From: a virus
Taxonomy: Duplodnaviria > Caudoviricetes
DNA: 39,411 bases
IMG/VR virus record: IMGVR_UViG_3300033076_001167
Coordinates: 1 to 39,411 of that record
Strand: one strand, 5' to 3'
Position numbers and translations under genes: made by a program. Below are positions 6,830-16,334 of the stretch, piece after piece. The notes beneath the pieces are model-generated. The model was not told the origin of the DNA. It did no database searches and saw only the letters and a program-made list of their open reading frames with translations. Positions within the stretch are counted from its first letter, which is position 1. Each line of letters opens with the position of its first letter.

Positions 6830-8442
6830 GCGCCCTTAGCTACGCCACGCTTGCGCAGACGCACCCCGACTACAACGCCGCGCGCATCAAAGAGCTTGAT
6901 GACCTTTACGTCGGCGGGTGGCAGATTCTCGACGCTGCCAGGACGTACATCAAACCGCTACAGGGAGAGCACCCGGCCAGATACGCAGAGCGCGTGAATG
7001 GCACTGCGTTCATCGGATACATGGCGCAGATTGTCGATTCAATGGCGGGCGGCACGTTTAGCGACCCGCTGACGGTAACGCCTGACGCCGGGTCGGATAG
7101 CTACTGGTCGGACTTCTTCGCAAACGCTGACCTGCAGGGCACGCCGATTGATATGGTTTGCCGCAAGGCGCTGACTCGCGCGCTGCTGCATGGTCGCGCT
7201 GTTGTCGCCTGCGACTTCCCTGCTACCAGCAACGAAGCGACATCGAGAGCAGAAGAAGATGCGTTCGGGGCATCGCGCGCGTATGTGGTCGATGTCGAGC
7301 CTTGTGAGCTCATCGATTGGGAGTATAGCAGCCGCATCACGCGGTCTGTTGGCTCCGGAGCGCAGCGCGTCGACATCCAATTTGGTGAGCTGTCATTCGC
7401 AGTCATTCGCAAGCGCGAAACGCGACGTGCATCGGCCGCAGCGTCACGCGGGACTGTTGTCGAGACATTTAAGGTGTGGCGCATTGATGATGCTGGCCTT
7501 GCCGTTTGGGACTTGTACGCCATCAGCTACGAAGCAAGCAAACCGCCGAGCGAGAACGACCCTGTGCCGCTTGTGTCGAGTGGCGTCACAAGCTTCAAGA
7601 GCATTCCGCTTGTTGAGCTTGTGCTGCCTGCTGGCCTGTGGATTGGCAATAAGATCGGCCCGATGAATCTGGAGCACTGGTCTCGGCGCGGGTTGCTAAA
7701 TGCGTCGGAGAACCGTGGTCTCCTTTCCGTGCCTGTCTGCAAGCTTGGGCCTGAGGTCACGGAGGCGCATTCATCGTTGCCATCGGAAGTGCAGTCGGAC
7801 CCCGGGCGAGGCTACACGCTAGTGCAGCAGCTCAACGACCGCGGTTACATCTGCATCGGCGCAGGCGATGACCTTTACTTCGCAGAGCCAGACGGAAAGG
7901 CGCAGGCGGGCGCAGCGTCGCGGATCAAAGACTTGGTTGACGAGATGTTCCGCGTGACGCATTTGATGGCGTCATCTGTGTCTAGCACTGCGAACGGCGT
8001 TGCGCGCTCCGGCGCATCCAAGGCAGAGGATAGGCACTCGACCGTTGTCGTTCTGAAAACGCTTGGAGCCATCGTCAAAGACTTCGCCGATCGGATGCTC
8101 AAAGTCATCGCAAAGGCTCGCGGCGAGATGCCGCAGTGGTCTATCTCAGGGTGCACGTCGTTCGACATCTACGATCGTGCGGAGGTCGTGGCAGAAGCGC
8201 AGAGCCTAGCAGCTGTAGAGATTGAGTCAGAGACGTTCCGCAAGACCTATCAGAAGCAGCTAGCAGCAAGGCTGCTGCCGGACATCGGAGAGGCTACGCA
8301 GCAAGCCATTGCGGAAGAGATTGACGCGAGCGAAGAAGACGACGCCGAAGAGGACGCAGCGGAGAGCCCGCGCGACACAATGCCGGCGCCACCAATGACA
8401 GAAGACGAAGCAGACGCAGAAGACGTCGACCAAGAGGACTAG
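6826..8442 (+). CDS. Portal protein
   Basis: 538 aa directly after terL; HPDY...YIKPLQGE...YAERV, IPLV, SGASKAED; acidic C-terminal tail. Confidence 0.85.
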   Translation: MSALSYATLAQTHPDYNAARIKELDDLYVGGWQILDAARTYIKPLQGEHPARYAERVNGTAFIGYMAQIVDSMAGGTFSDPLTVTPDAGSDSYWSDFFANADLQGTPIDMVCRKALTRALLHGRAVVACDFPATSNEATSRAEEDAFGASRAYVVDVEPCELIDWEYSSRITRSVGSGAQRVDIQFGELSFAVIRKRETRRASAAASRGTVVETFKVWRIDDAGLAVWDLYAISYEASKPPSENDPVPLVSSGVTSFKSIPLVELVLPAGLWIGNKIGPMNLEHWSRRGLLNASENRGLLSVPVCKLGPEVTEAHSSLPSEVQSDPGRGYTLVQQLNDRGYICIGAGDDLYFAEPDGKAQAGAASRIKDLVDEMFRVTHLMASSVSSTANGVARSGASKAEDRHSTVVVLKTLGAIVKDFADRMLKVIAKARGEMPQWSISGCTSFDIYDRAEVVAEAQSLAAVEIESETFRKTYQKQLAARLLPDIGEATQQAIAEEIDASEEDDAEEDAAESPRDTMPAPPMTEDEADAEDVDQED

Positions 8443-8679
8443 ATGACCAAGACGCCGCCAACATACCGGATGCAAAAGGCCGTGACGCCAGCGAATAGCG
8501 ATTTGCCTCACGGCATTTGCGCTGCGCTTTACGTTGGCGGTGCCGGAACCGTCCCTATTCGGGACGAATACGACAACGATGTGACCTGGACTGCAGTCGC
8601 TGGAGCTGTGCTCCCTATCTGCGCCAAGCAGGTGCGAACCGGCGGCAGTGCGACGGGCATTGTTGCGCTGTACCAATGA
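8443..8679 (+). CDS. Head spike base protein (RcGTA Rcc01079-like)
   Basis: AVTP..DL....ALYVGGAG.V......VTW...AG.VLPI..KQV..G..ATGIVAL matches my recollection of the family pattern. Confidence 0.7.
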   Translation: MTKTPPTYRMQKAVTPANSDLPHGICAALYVGGAGTVPIRDEYDNDVTWTAVAGAVLPICAKQVRTGGSATGIVALYQ

Positions 8680-8721
8680 CAACTAGCCGGATAACCGGCA
8701 ACGCTGGCAACGTGCGAGACG

Positions 8722-9402
8722 TTGCATGCATCAAACACACGGAGGCTCCACGTGGACCCTACGCAAGGCAACGGAGCGCCTGAAGCTCCGCAGGGCGATG
8801 CTCCCAAAGGCATCACAAGTGACGAAGTGAACCGCGCAATAACGGCTCGATTCAAGGCATTTGAAAGCCGCATTGACAAGCTGTTTGAAGAACGGTTGTC
8901 AGCGCTAGCGCCGCCGAAGAACGCGGAAGACGAGCCGAAAGAGAAGTCTTCCAAGGGGCTCGATGAGCATCCAGAGTTCCAGAAGCTCGCGCGGCAGACG
9001 CAGCGACTTCAGGAGCAGCTGGCGCAGGCGCAGAAGGAACGCGATGCTGAGAAGGCGCATGCACGCGATGTGAAGCTGCGCACCGAGCTCGCCAATATGC
9101 TTGCTGATGCCGGCATCGATGGCGCACGCGGCAAGCATGCTGTCGGTTACCTTGTCGACGCTGATAAGCGCGTTGTCTGGGATGGCGATGCGCTTGCGTT
9201 TCGCGGTTCCGATAACGAGCTATTGCCGGTTGGCGAGGGGCTCAAGTCTTGGCTCTCAACGGATGATGCAAAGCTCTACCTTCCGCCGCGCGGTGCGGTT
9301 GGAAGCGGAGAACGGTCTAACGTGGGCGGTCGCGTGAACGCGCAAGCGGACGCCCAATCCAGTGCTCTCGAAGCAATCCGGAATCATTTCGGATTGACGT
9401 GA
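8722..9402 (+). CDS. Capsid scaffolding protein
   Basis: Charged coiled coil, YLPPRGAVGSG C-terminal linker, immediately before the MCP. Confidence 0.75.
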   Translation: MHASNTRRLHVDPTQGNGAPEAPQGDAPKGITSDEVNRAITARFKAFESRIDKLFEERLSALAPPKNAEDEPKEKSSKGLDEHPEFQKLARQTQRLQEQLAQAQKERDAEKAHARDVKLRTELANMLADAGIDGARGKHAVGYLVDADKRVVWDGDALAFRGSDNELLPVGEGLKSWLSTDDAKLYLPPRGAVGSGERSNVGGRVNAQADAQSSALEAIRNHFGLT

Positions 9403-9437
9403 GAGACGAAGCAGAAGGCGCGTAACAGAGAACAAAA

Positions 9438-10484
9438 ATGGCACTTCAAGATCTTGCTACCAACCTGGACGATGCTCTTTCGCAGCTCTACGCGCCTAAG
9501 CTTGTGCGCGCATTCAACCGAGCCAGCGTGCTCGGAAGCCTCCTGCCCAAGAAGATTGGCAGGGGCAAGAACATCGCGTGGGATGTGATGTTCTCTGGTG
9601 CGTCTGCTGCGTCCTACACGGACGGCGCCGACGTCTCGACGTATGATGTCGACACTCCGGTTCCTGCCACGCTTTCGTGGGGCCTTTACCGCTCGTCCTT
9701 CAGCGTGTCGGGCCTTGCTCAGGCTGCTGCTGCGACGTCGGCAGGCTCTGCGCAAGAGCTGCTCGACATCATCGGCACGAGCATCGACAATAGCGCGATG
9801 AAGCTTAGCAGCACGCTGAACGCTGCGATGTTCGCGGGCACCGGATCTGGCACGACCCTCACGGGTCTTGCCACTGCGCTTGATAACACCGGCACGTATG
9901 CCGGGATTGCGCGCGCGTCCTATTCCGAGTGGCAGGCGAACGTCTTGTCAAACGGAGGTTCAAACCGCGCGCTGACGAAGGCGCTGCTCGACTCGCTTGA
10001 AGCCGACATTTTTGAGGCGTGCGGCTTCGGCCCTAACGCGATCGTCATGACGGCGGACCTTGCGAGCAAGTATGAGAGTCTCTTTGATGCGCAGACTCGA
10101 GTGATGCTTGCGCCTGGCAACGAAATCTCGCCGATGAATCCCAACGGCGGAGCGCCTGGCAACATCATCAACCCGTCAGGGTTCACCGGGTTCACGTACA
10201 AGGGGATCCCCGTCTACCGCGACCGTGATGCGACTGCCAACGTGGTCTACATGCTCAACACGGAAGCGCTCCACATCGAGTTCTTGCCGCAACCGCAGAA
10301 GACTACGGCCAGCATGTCTGGGAACGTCCAGGCGATGGGCTCGAGTGCTACGGACATGGGCCTTGCCTTCAAGCTTGAAAGCGTTGCCAAGACTGGCGAT
10401 GCCGACAAGTTCACGATGAAGGCTTATCTCAACTTGGTTGTGACCCGTCCGAACGCATGTGGTGTTCTGAAGGATGTGGCGTAA
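9438..10484 (+). CDS. Major capsid protein (HK97 fold)
   Basis: 348 aa after the scaffold; GTG...LTGL, YAGIARASYSEWQA, FTYKGIPVYRD, VYMLN, LVVTRPNACGVL. Confidence 0.88.
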   Translation: MALQDLATNLDDALSQLYAPKLVRAFNRASVLGSLLPKKIGRGKNIAWDVMFSGASAASYTDGADVSTYDVDTPVPATLSWGLYRSSFSVSGLAQAAAATSAGSAQELLDIIGTSIDNSAMKLSSTLNAAMFAGTGSGTTLTGLATALDNTGTYAGIARASYSEWQANVLSNGGSNRALTKALLDSLEADIFEACGFGPNAIVMTADLASKYESLFDAQTRVMLAPGNEISPMNPNGGAPGNIINPSGFTGFTYKGIPVYRDRDATANVVYMLNTEALHIEFLPQPQKTTASMSGNVQAMGSSATDMGLAFKLESVAKTGDADKFTMKAYLNLVVTRPNACGVLKDVA

Positions 10485-10486
10485 TC

Positions 10487-11029
10487 ATGGCTCTCATCGC
10501 AAAGAAGGGTTCCGACGAAGTTGTTGCGGCGCTCATCAGAGCGCTCAATGACTCGCGCCGGTCGACTGCATTTGTGTCGACCTTCTTCCACGCTGACGCA
10601 ACGGCGCTGAAGCCTACGGGTTCTTTCCAGGACCCTTTGACCTTCGGCGTCACCGCGTTTTCTGTCGCAAGCGCTAGCGCTTCGAACGCGGCAACCCTGT
10701 TGCTACGAACGCTGGAGCTGAAGGCGCTGTACGCTCGGCACGTGGCTGACAAGATTGGCCACAAGGTTGCCGACACTGCCAACGTTGTTGGCGCAGCAAC
10801 GCCAACCGACACCACGACGTGCATTACGTTTCTCAACGAGCTCAAAGCAGACTACAACACGCACCGAGCCAGCACGACGTATCATTACAACGCCGACAGC
10901 ACTAACACCATCACGAGTGCGGACGCGACTGACGAAGCAAGCGCAATCACGCTTTGCAATGAGATCGCGACCGACCTTGTGGCGCATGTTGTCAGTGCTC
11001 CGGGTGGATACTCAATCGAGGTGGTATGA
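10487..11029 (+). CDS. Putative head decoration protein with His-containing ~41-aa repeats
   Basis: ATG 10487 right after the MCP; repeats LxxxYxxH-x6-H-x2-AD-x2-N. Confidence 0.6.
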   Translation: MALIAKKGSDEVVAALIRALNDSRRSTAFVSTFFHADATALKPTGSFQDPLTFGVTAFSVASASASNAATLLLRTLELKALYARHVADKIGHKVADTANVVGAATPTDTTTCITFLNELKADYNTHRASTTYHYNADSTNTITSADATDEASAITLCNEIATDLVAHVVSAPGGYSIEVV

Positions 11030-11253
11030 AACAGGCAATGACGACTTGGGAGAATGCTTCGGATGTGTCTCAGACGCTTGTGCTTCGTGGCGATGGCAAC
11101 GAAGCGCATACGTTCGTGATTGCTCCGGGCAAGAGCCATGACATCCCCAGCGCTTGGGACTATGCAATCCCCAAGCTTGCTCCGCTGCTCATCAAGGCGC
11201 AGCCAAAGGCTGTCGCGCCTGTTGAGCATGTTGCGCACGCTGGAAAGAAGTAA
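11026..11253 (+). CDS. Small hypothetical head-region protein
   Basis: GAGG RBS; coupled ends. Confidence 0.6.
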   Translation: MKQAMTTWENASDVSQTLVLRGDGNEAHTFVIAPGKSHDIPSAWDYAIPKLAPLLIKAQPKAVAPVEHVAHAGKK

Positions 11254-11633
11254 TGGCGTTCACTGAGTCAAACAAGGTACAGGTCCGCCGATGGCTGGGA
11301 TACAGCCCGGCGGACTTGGACCAACTGCGTATCATAAATTCAGCCATGACGCTTGTGCAGAGCACTGGCGACGGCGGACAGATGCCGGACAATACGACAG
11401 AGACGGCCATCACTGGTTGGCTCACGCAGTTGGCATCGATTGAGACTGCGGTTCAAGCTCTCTACGACCAATCGCAAGTGTTAGACGCTGATGATGCTTC
11501 GCTTGACGCTGCACGCGGTCAAGCTGTGCTTGCGAGGTCTGGCCGGATGTACGTTGGTTTCATTGCCGACGCGCTAAACGTCAGCCCGAAGCGTGACGTC
11601 TTCATCGGCAAGATTCTCGCGGGTCTAGCGTGA
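11253..11633 (+). CDS. Head-tail adaptor/connector protein
   Basis: MAFTESNKVQVRRWLGY N-terminus; helical; position after the capsid genes. Confidence 0.6.
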   Translation: MAFTESNKVQVRRWLGYSPADLDQLRIINSAMTLVQSTGDGGQMPDNTTETAITGWLTQLASIETAVQALYDQSQVLDADDASLDAARGQAVLARSGRMYVGFIADALNVSPKRDVFIGKILAGLA

Positions 11634-12082
11634 CGGTTCGCACTGCGATCCTGCCGGTGATGGATCGCATCCGTACACTTCTCGGTGTCGACGGGTTGGA
11701 TCTGCGCACAACGACAGTGACGCAGCGGATCCGTTCGTGGTCTGGCGGAGACTATGGCCCGGAAGTTGGGCTTGGTACTCCAACAGATACAGACTTGGAG
11801 CTAGAGCCTAGGCCTCGCGTGAAGCGCTTGCCGAATGGCGATGTCGAGGTCGGACCAATCACGCCTTATTACACAGGGACAACGACGGGCGGTTACACCG
11901 TCGCGCAGCTCAACCCGGACATATCATCGGAAGCCAACGCTGGGAAGCATGTCTTCTGGATTTTGGACGGGCCAAACGGAACGCACTACTACCAACTGGT
12001 GGCAATCGATACGACCAAAAACTTCCGCTACATGCTGCGACTCACGCCAACGACAGACTCAGGAAGGCGCCCCCCTCTGTGA
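11630..12082 (+). CDS. Head closure/stopper-like protein
   Basis: Beta-rich (WSGG...G...D..LEPRPRV...VGPITP); position. Confidence 0.5.
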   Translation: MTVRTAILPVMDRIRTLLGVDGLDLRTTTVTQRIRSWSGGDYGPEVGLGTPTDTDLELEPRPRVKRLPNGDVEVGPITPYYTGTTTGGYTVAQLNPDISSEANAGKHVFWILDGPNGTHYYQLVAIDTTKNFRYMLRLTPTTDSGRRPPL

Positions 12083-12339
12083 TTGAAGCAATGCAGCAAG
12101 ACGCAGCATCTGTTGGCAACACGGAGGAGTTCTTGTGGCGTGATACAGACGGCAATGTCTGGCTTGAAAGCGGGGAATTTGAGAACGAGCACCCTGTGCT
12201 TTACCGTCTCGTTAAGGACGAAGCAGACTCCACGTGCGGTGCATGCCTAACCGGCATCTGTACGCAGCGTGTCATGTTCTGCGAGGCATGGGATGGCATC
12301 ATGAAGATTGAGCACCTTGGAGCCACGGACTTCGAGTGA
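12079..12339 (+). CDS. Hypothetical acidic protein
   Basis: GTGA-coupled at both ends; CGAC..C motif. Confidence 0.55.
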   Translation: MIEAMQQDAASVGNTEEFLWRDTDGNVWLESGEFENEHPVLYRLVKDEADSTCGACLTGICTQRVMFCEAWDGIMKIEHLGATDFE

Positions 12340-13109
12340 GTAGTCTCGTTGGCGCGCTAGAGCTGCCCGTCCCTGCCGGGACGTCAAATAGCAAGCTAGC
12401 CGACCCCACTGTCATCGGTCTTGCGTCGTTCATTGCGTATGCACTGCGCTTGGACTTGAACGACAAGTTGGGCGCCATGTTAGGCATGTCGGCCGATGCG
12501 TGCCCTAGCACCAACGTCTTTACGTTCGACCCTGACACATACTTCGTGCGCGAGTCATTCCCTGCGCTCTATCTTTGGTGGCCAGGGCAATCAAAGTACG
12601 AACAAATGACGCATGTGTTTGGGCAGCGGACGCGTGAGCTCGCTGGCATGTACGTATTTCAAGAGACGTTAGCGCCGCGCGGCATGCGTTCGCGAGCCGG
12701 GTTGCTTGCTGCCGCTGATGCGAGCATTGCCAAGGCGCTTGACCGTGGCAGGTACGTTGGCCACACCCCAGACATCGCCGGAGCCTATGACGGGCAGTCG
12801 ATTGCGTCTGCGCTCAACCTAACTGCTCTTGACTATGTTGGCTCGACGCAGGTGCGCATGTTGGCGATGGTTCCAGAGTCTAGCGCAGCTCCGGGCGGTC
12901 CGCCTGAAGGGCACGTTAAGACTGGTTACCCTGCGCTCATCTTCAAGATTGTCGTAGCAGAGCGCGTCTTTGATGATGCGATTGACAGCACTGTGCGAGA
13001 CGCAGACGTCTCTTTCACGCTCGAGACCAACGATGGCGACTTCACAGACCCGCTGTCGTTGGGTGAGACGTATCTTTACGCGCCGTCGGGGCCGAACGAT
13101 GACGAATAA
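12336..13109 (+). CDS. Tail terminator/completion-like protein
   Basis: FPALYLW motif; position upstream of the sheath. Confidence 0.5.
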   Translation: MSSLVGALELPVPAGTSNSKLADPTVIGLASFIAYALRLDLNDKLGAMLGMSADACPSTNVFTFDPDTYFVRESFPALYLWWPGQSKYEQMTHVFGQRTRELAGMYVFQETLAPRGMRSRAGLLAAADASIAKALDRGRYVGHTPDIAGAYDGQSIASALNLTALDYVGSTQVRMLAMVPESSAAPGGPPEGHVKTGYPALIFKIVVAERVFDDAIDSTVRDADVSFTLETNDGDFTDPLSLGETYLYAPSGPNDDE

Positions 13110-13624
13110 TGGCAATTGAAAAGCACACGCCAGCAATGGTCACAAGCTACCAAGAGACGCAAGCCGATCGTGGGCCTTCGCTGTCTCCCAAGTACCGAAC
13201 GCACGTGGACCGCCCTGGCGTGTTCCGTTGGGTTGCTGGCGATGCGTCTGATGATGACACGTGGACCACGTTAGAGCCGAACGGCGGCACTGATGGCGCA
13301 TGGCTGCGCATTGAATCAAAGGACCGTGGTTCCAACTTGACCGACGCGAGCGCCACGATCCATCCGACCGGTGGAGGCTGGCGCGTGCTTCCAGCGGCTA
13401 CGCTGACCGCAAACCGAACGCTGACGCTAGGGACAACGAACGCTCGCGAAGGGTGCCGCATCACAGTGACCAGGCTTGATGCTACAGCCTACACGTTTGC
13501 GATCGTCAACGGCGGCAGTGGGGCAGGGACGCTAGTGACGATGCCTGTATCCTCCAAGTATTGGGCAGAGTTCTATTTTGACGGAACGGATTGGGTGCTC
13601 CGCGCAGGCGGGGCAATTGCTTGA
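13109..13624 (+). CDS. Fibre-like virion protein (neck or head appendage)
   Basis: GVFRWVAG..DDD...GAWLR tailspike-type motif, then LTANRTLTL...WAEFYFDGTDW beta domain. Confidence 0.5.
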   Translation: MAIEKHTPAMVTSYQETQADRGPSLSPKYRTHVDRPGVFRWVAGDASDDDTWTTLEPNGGTDGAWLRIESKDRGSNLTDASATIHPTGGGWRVLPAATLTANRTLTLGTTNAREGCRITVTRLDATAYTFAIVNGGSGAGTLVTMPVSSKYWAEFYFDGTDWVLRAGGAIA

Positions 13625-13651
13625 AGCGCTTGAATGCGCGAAGGAACGAAC

Positions 13652-13888
13652 ATGCGAACGATGAAAGTTCGCGGCGTTGTCGGCGTGAACGTCAGCAACC
13701 CGCATACTCAGAGCCAACGATGGATCGGCAAGGGTCCCAACGGGGAATGTGTCGAGGAAACCGTGCAGGACCACCCGGACATCAGGGAGGCCCTTCGCGC
13801 ATGTGACCTAGTGCCCTGCGACGTTGAGACGGCAAAGCTTGCCGGTGTGAAGTTTGACGCGAAAGCGCACAAGAAGGTTGGTGAGTGA
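13652..13888 (+). CDS. Mu gp38-like (DUF2635-like) small tail protein
   Basis: VQDHPDIREALRACDLVP; directly upstream of the sheath as in Mu-like phages; AAGGA RBS. Confidence 0.55.
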   Translation: MRTMKVRGVVGVNVSNPHTQSQRWIGKGPNGECVEETVQDHPDIREALRACDLVPCDVETAKLAGVKFDAKAHKKVGE

Positions 13889-15417
13889 TGGCTGGCGGGT
13901 TCCCTCTTACTGGCATCGACCCTGCGGATCCTATCCCCGGAATCACGCGCGAGATTCTCTTCGCACAAGGCGCATCGTCTAGCGTTGGCACTGCGCGCGA
14001 CATCCTGCTATTTGGCAACAAGACCAGCGGCGGCACCGAGACCGTAGAGACCATCAACGAGCCAATCAGCGGACTCGATGACGCTGTGCTTCGCTTCGGC
14101 GCGCGCTCTGAGCTCGTTGGCATGTATCGCAAGGCTGTCGCAGTCAATCCGAACGCGACGTATTATGCCGTTGCGATTGCCGAGAATGGCAGCGGGACCG
14201 CTGCAAGCTGCACGCTGACATTTGTCAACGCAGCGACTGACGCAAGCACGCTCAAGATTACCGTTCATGGAGAGACGGTCGAAGTAGGCGTCGAGAGCGG
14301 AGATGCGATTGGCACCATTGCGACCAACGTTGCGACCAAAATCAATGCACAGCCATATTGGCAGTGCACCGCATCTGCTGCGCTTGGCGTTGTCACCATC
14401 ACGGCTTCGCAGGTCGGTCCGCGCGGTGGTCAAGCGCTGACGGCGCTGCGTGCATCGTTCACCAAGGCAGTGACCACGACGGTCACGAAGAGCGCGGTTA
14501 CGGCAGGCACTGGAGCAGATGACAACACGAACGCTCTCGCAGCAGCTGCAAACGGAACGTACTACTACCATGTCGGACCGTACGACCTCACAGGAACGAG
14601 CTTCTCCGCCACCGACAACGGCATGGGTGAGCACATCACGCAAATCACGACGCACGCGCTCCCTGCGTATGGCAAAGAGCAATATCTGATTTGTTCGACT
14701 ACCACGCTGACGCATGCGCAGCAGGACACCGCCGGAGCGGCCTACAATAAGGTGCGTCTTGGTTGGTTCCCTTGCTATCTCAACGACTGGACTGCAGCGA
14801 TGATTGCTGCGCACGTTGCCGGAGTCATCAGCTCAAAGACTGCGGCACATCCTGGCGCGAACCTCACGGACTATGGCAAGGGCGTAAACGATGTCTTCAG
14901 CGTCCCTGTGCCATATACCAAGGCCAACATTCCGAGCCAGACGCAGATCCGCGCGCATCTCAACAACGGCGTATCTGTCATCTCTTGGACCACGACAGGA
15001 ACCCCGTACATCGTTCGGCAAATCAACAACTACTGCAAGAACGGCAGTGACTATGACTATCGCGCTCGAGAGGGACACATTGTGTCGGTTGCCGACTACT
15101 TCTGGCAATGGGTGCGCACGCGCTATGCTTCGCAAAAGCAGCCTTTCGTCGCTGCCGACCCTGCCGAGGGAGAAACGCCACGGCAAGGCATCACGTACCC
15201 GTCGGCAATCACGTCGCTCGTTAGGAAGACTATGGACGACGCGGCTGACTTCGTTGGCGGTCCGCTTCTCGACACCGGTCGGCTCGATGAGATGAAGGCA
15301 AGCGTCGTGACGAAGCTGCTGACGGACGGCGGAACGAGCTGCCGCGCGCAGATTGTTGCCGTTCTGCACAACAACAAGGGCCAATTTAAGGTCGAAGAGA
15401 TTTCGGACCAGCAGTAA
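13885..15417 (+). CDS. Contractile tail sheath protein (Mu gpL-like)
   Basis: LLFGNK, DAVLRFGARSEL, GTAASCTLTF, IATNVATKINA, VVTITA...GPRG, LNNGVS...IVRQI. Confidence 0.9.
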   Translation: MMAGGFPLTGIDPADPIPGITREILFAQGASSSVGTARDILLFGNKTSGGTETVETINEPISGLDDAVLRFGARSELVGMYRKAVAVNPNATYYAVAIAENGSGTAASCTLTFVNAATDASTLKITVHGETVEVGVESGDAIGTIATNVATKINAQPYWQCTASAALGVVTITASQVGPRGGQALTALRASFTKAVTTTVTKSAVTAGTGADDNTNALAAAANGTYYYHVGPYDLTGTSFSATDNGMGEHITQITTHALPAYGKEQYLICSTTTLTHAQQDTAGAAYNKVRLGWFPCYLNDWTAAMIAAHVAGVISSKTAAHPGANLTDYGKGVNDVFSVPVPYTKANIPSQTQIRAHLNNGVSVISWTTTGTPYIVRQINNYCKNGSDYDYRAREGHIVSVADYFWQWVRTRYASQKQPFVAADPAEGETPRQGITYPSAITSLVRKTMDDAADFVGGPLLDTGRLDEMKASVVTKLLTDGGTSCRAQIVAVLHNNKGQFKVEEISDQQ

Positions 15418-15441
15418 GCCGACAGGCACACGGAGAACACA

Positions 15442-15819
15442 ATGGCATTGCAGCTTTATGATCGGTTTTTCGCGTATGCCGACGGCCAACTGCTTGGCGA
15501 GTCGTCAGACATCAAACTCACGTATGAAGGCGACAGCCAGCCTGTCCAAACGATGGTCAAAGACCTGGCAGGATGCACGCCAGCGCCAAAGATGGCGATG
15601 ATTGCTGTCAATAGCTTCGTTCCGATTGCGGGTCTTGAGTATGACGCAATCAAGAAGTGGCAGAAGAATCAATTCGTAACCTTCCGCGTGCAGGCGGGTG
15701 GTTCCGGACAGAAGGTTGAGACCGACGGATGGATTGTCTCGCCTGCTATTGAGTCGAGCGCAGGCGGTGCAACCACGTTCTCGTTCTCGGTTCGCTGTCA
15801 GTCGAAGCCTCTTGAGTGA
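15442..15819 (+). CDS. Tail tube protein
   Basis: 125-aa beta-rich ORF right after the sheath; GGAG RBS. Confidence 0.8.
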   Translation: MALQLYDRFFAYADGQLLGESSDIKLTYEGDSQPVQTMVKDLAGCTPAPKMAMIAVNSFVPIAGLEYDAIKKWQKNQFVTFRVQAGGSGQKVETDGWIVSPAIESSAGGATTFSFSVRCQSKPLE

Positions 15820-16334
15820 CAACGCCAGGCGCGAAAGTTTCGGCCGGTGAGCTCTTCCGATGCCTGTCATCGTTTGAGCGACCTTCGGTGCAGATTGTCG
15901 CGCCTGCATTTCTCGGGGAGACTGTTGCTGCGTCTGTTGTTGCCATCTCGTCAATTGAACGGGCAAGGCTCGCAGACGCAGGCAACAGGTCTGCGTTTAG
16001 CTTTGCGGTGCGTCTCGTTGCTGAAACGTTACGCATCGATGGGATGCGCGAGTCACTGACAGACATCGCGCGCATGCCTTCGCAGATGTTCGATGAGCTG
16101 CACAGCGCTGTATGCGATGGTCTAGAAGTGTGTTCGCCTTGGTACGATATCGTTGACCACAGCGCATGGATTGCCAAGCTGTGCGACGGAGCGAAGGAAG
16201 ATGTCAACGTCTTGCATGCCTTCATGATGGGCAAGAGCCAGAGTGCGCAATCGTTCTTCGGAAGGTCCGACCTCACGGACGGGCAATTTTTGGCATACGT
16301 AGCAGCAGCAAAGGTGCATGGGAAACATGACTGA
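15816..16334 (+). CDS. Putative tail assembly chaperone 1
   Basis: Position between tube and tape measure; helical. Confidence 0.5.
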   Translation: MTTPGAKVSAGELFRCLSSFERPSVQIVAPAFLGETVAASVVAISSIERARLADAGNRSAFSFAVRLVAETLRIDGMRESLTDIARMPSQMFDELHSAVCDGLEVCSPWYDIVDHSAWIAKLCDGAKEDVNVLHAFMMGKSQSAQSFFGRSDLTDGQFLAYVAAAKVHGKHD

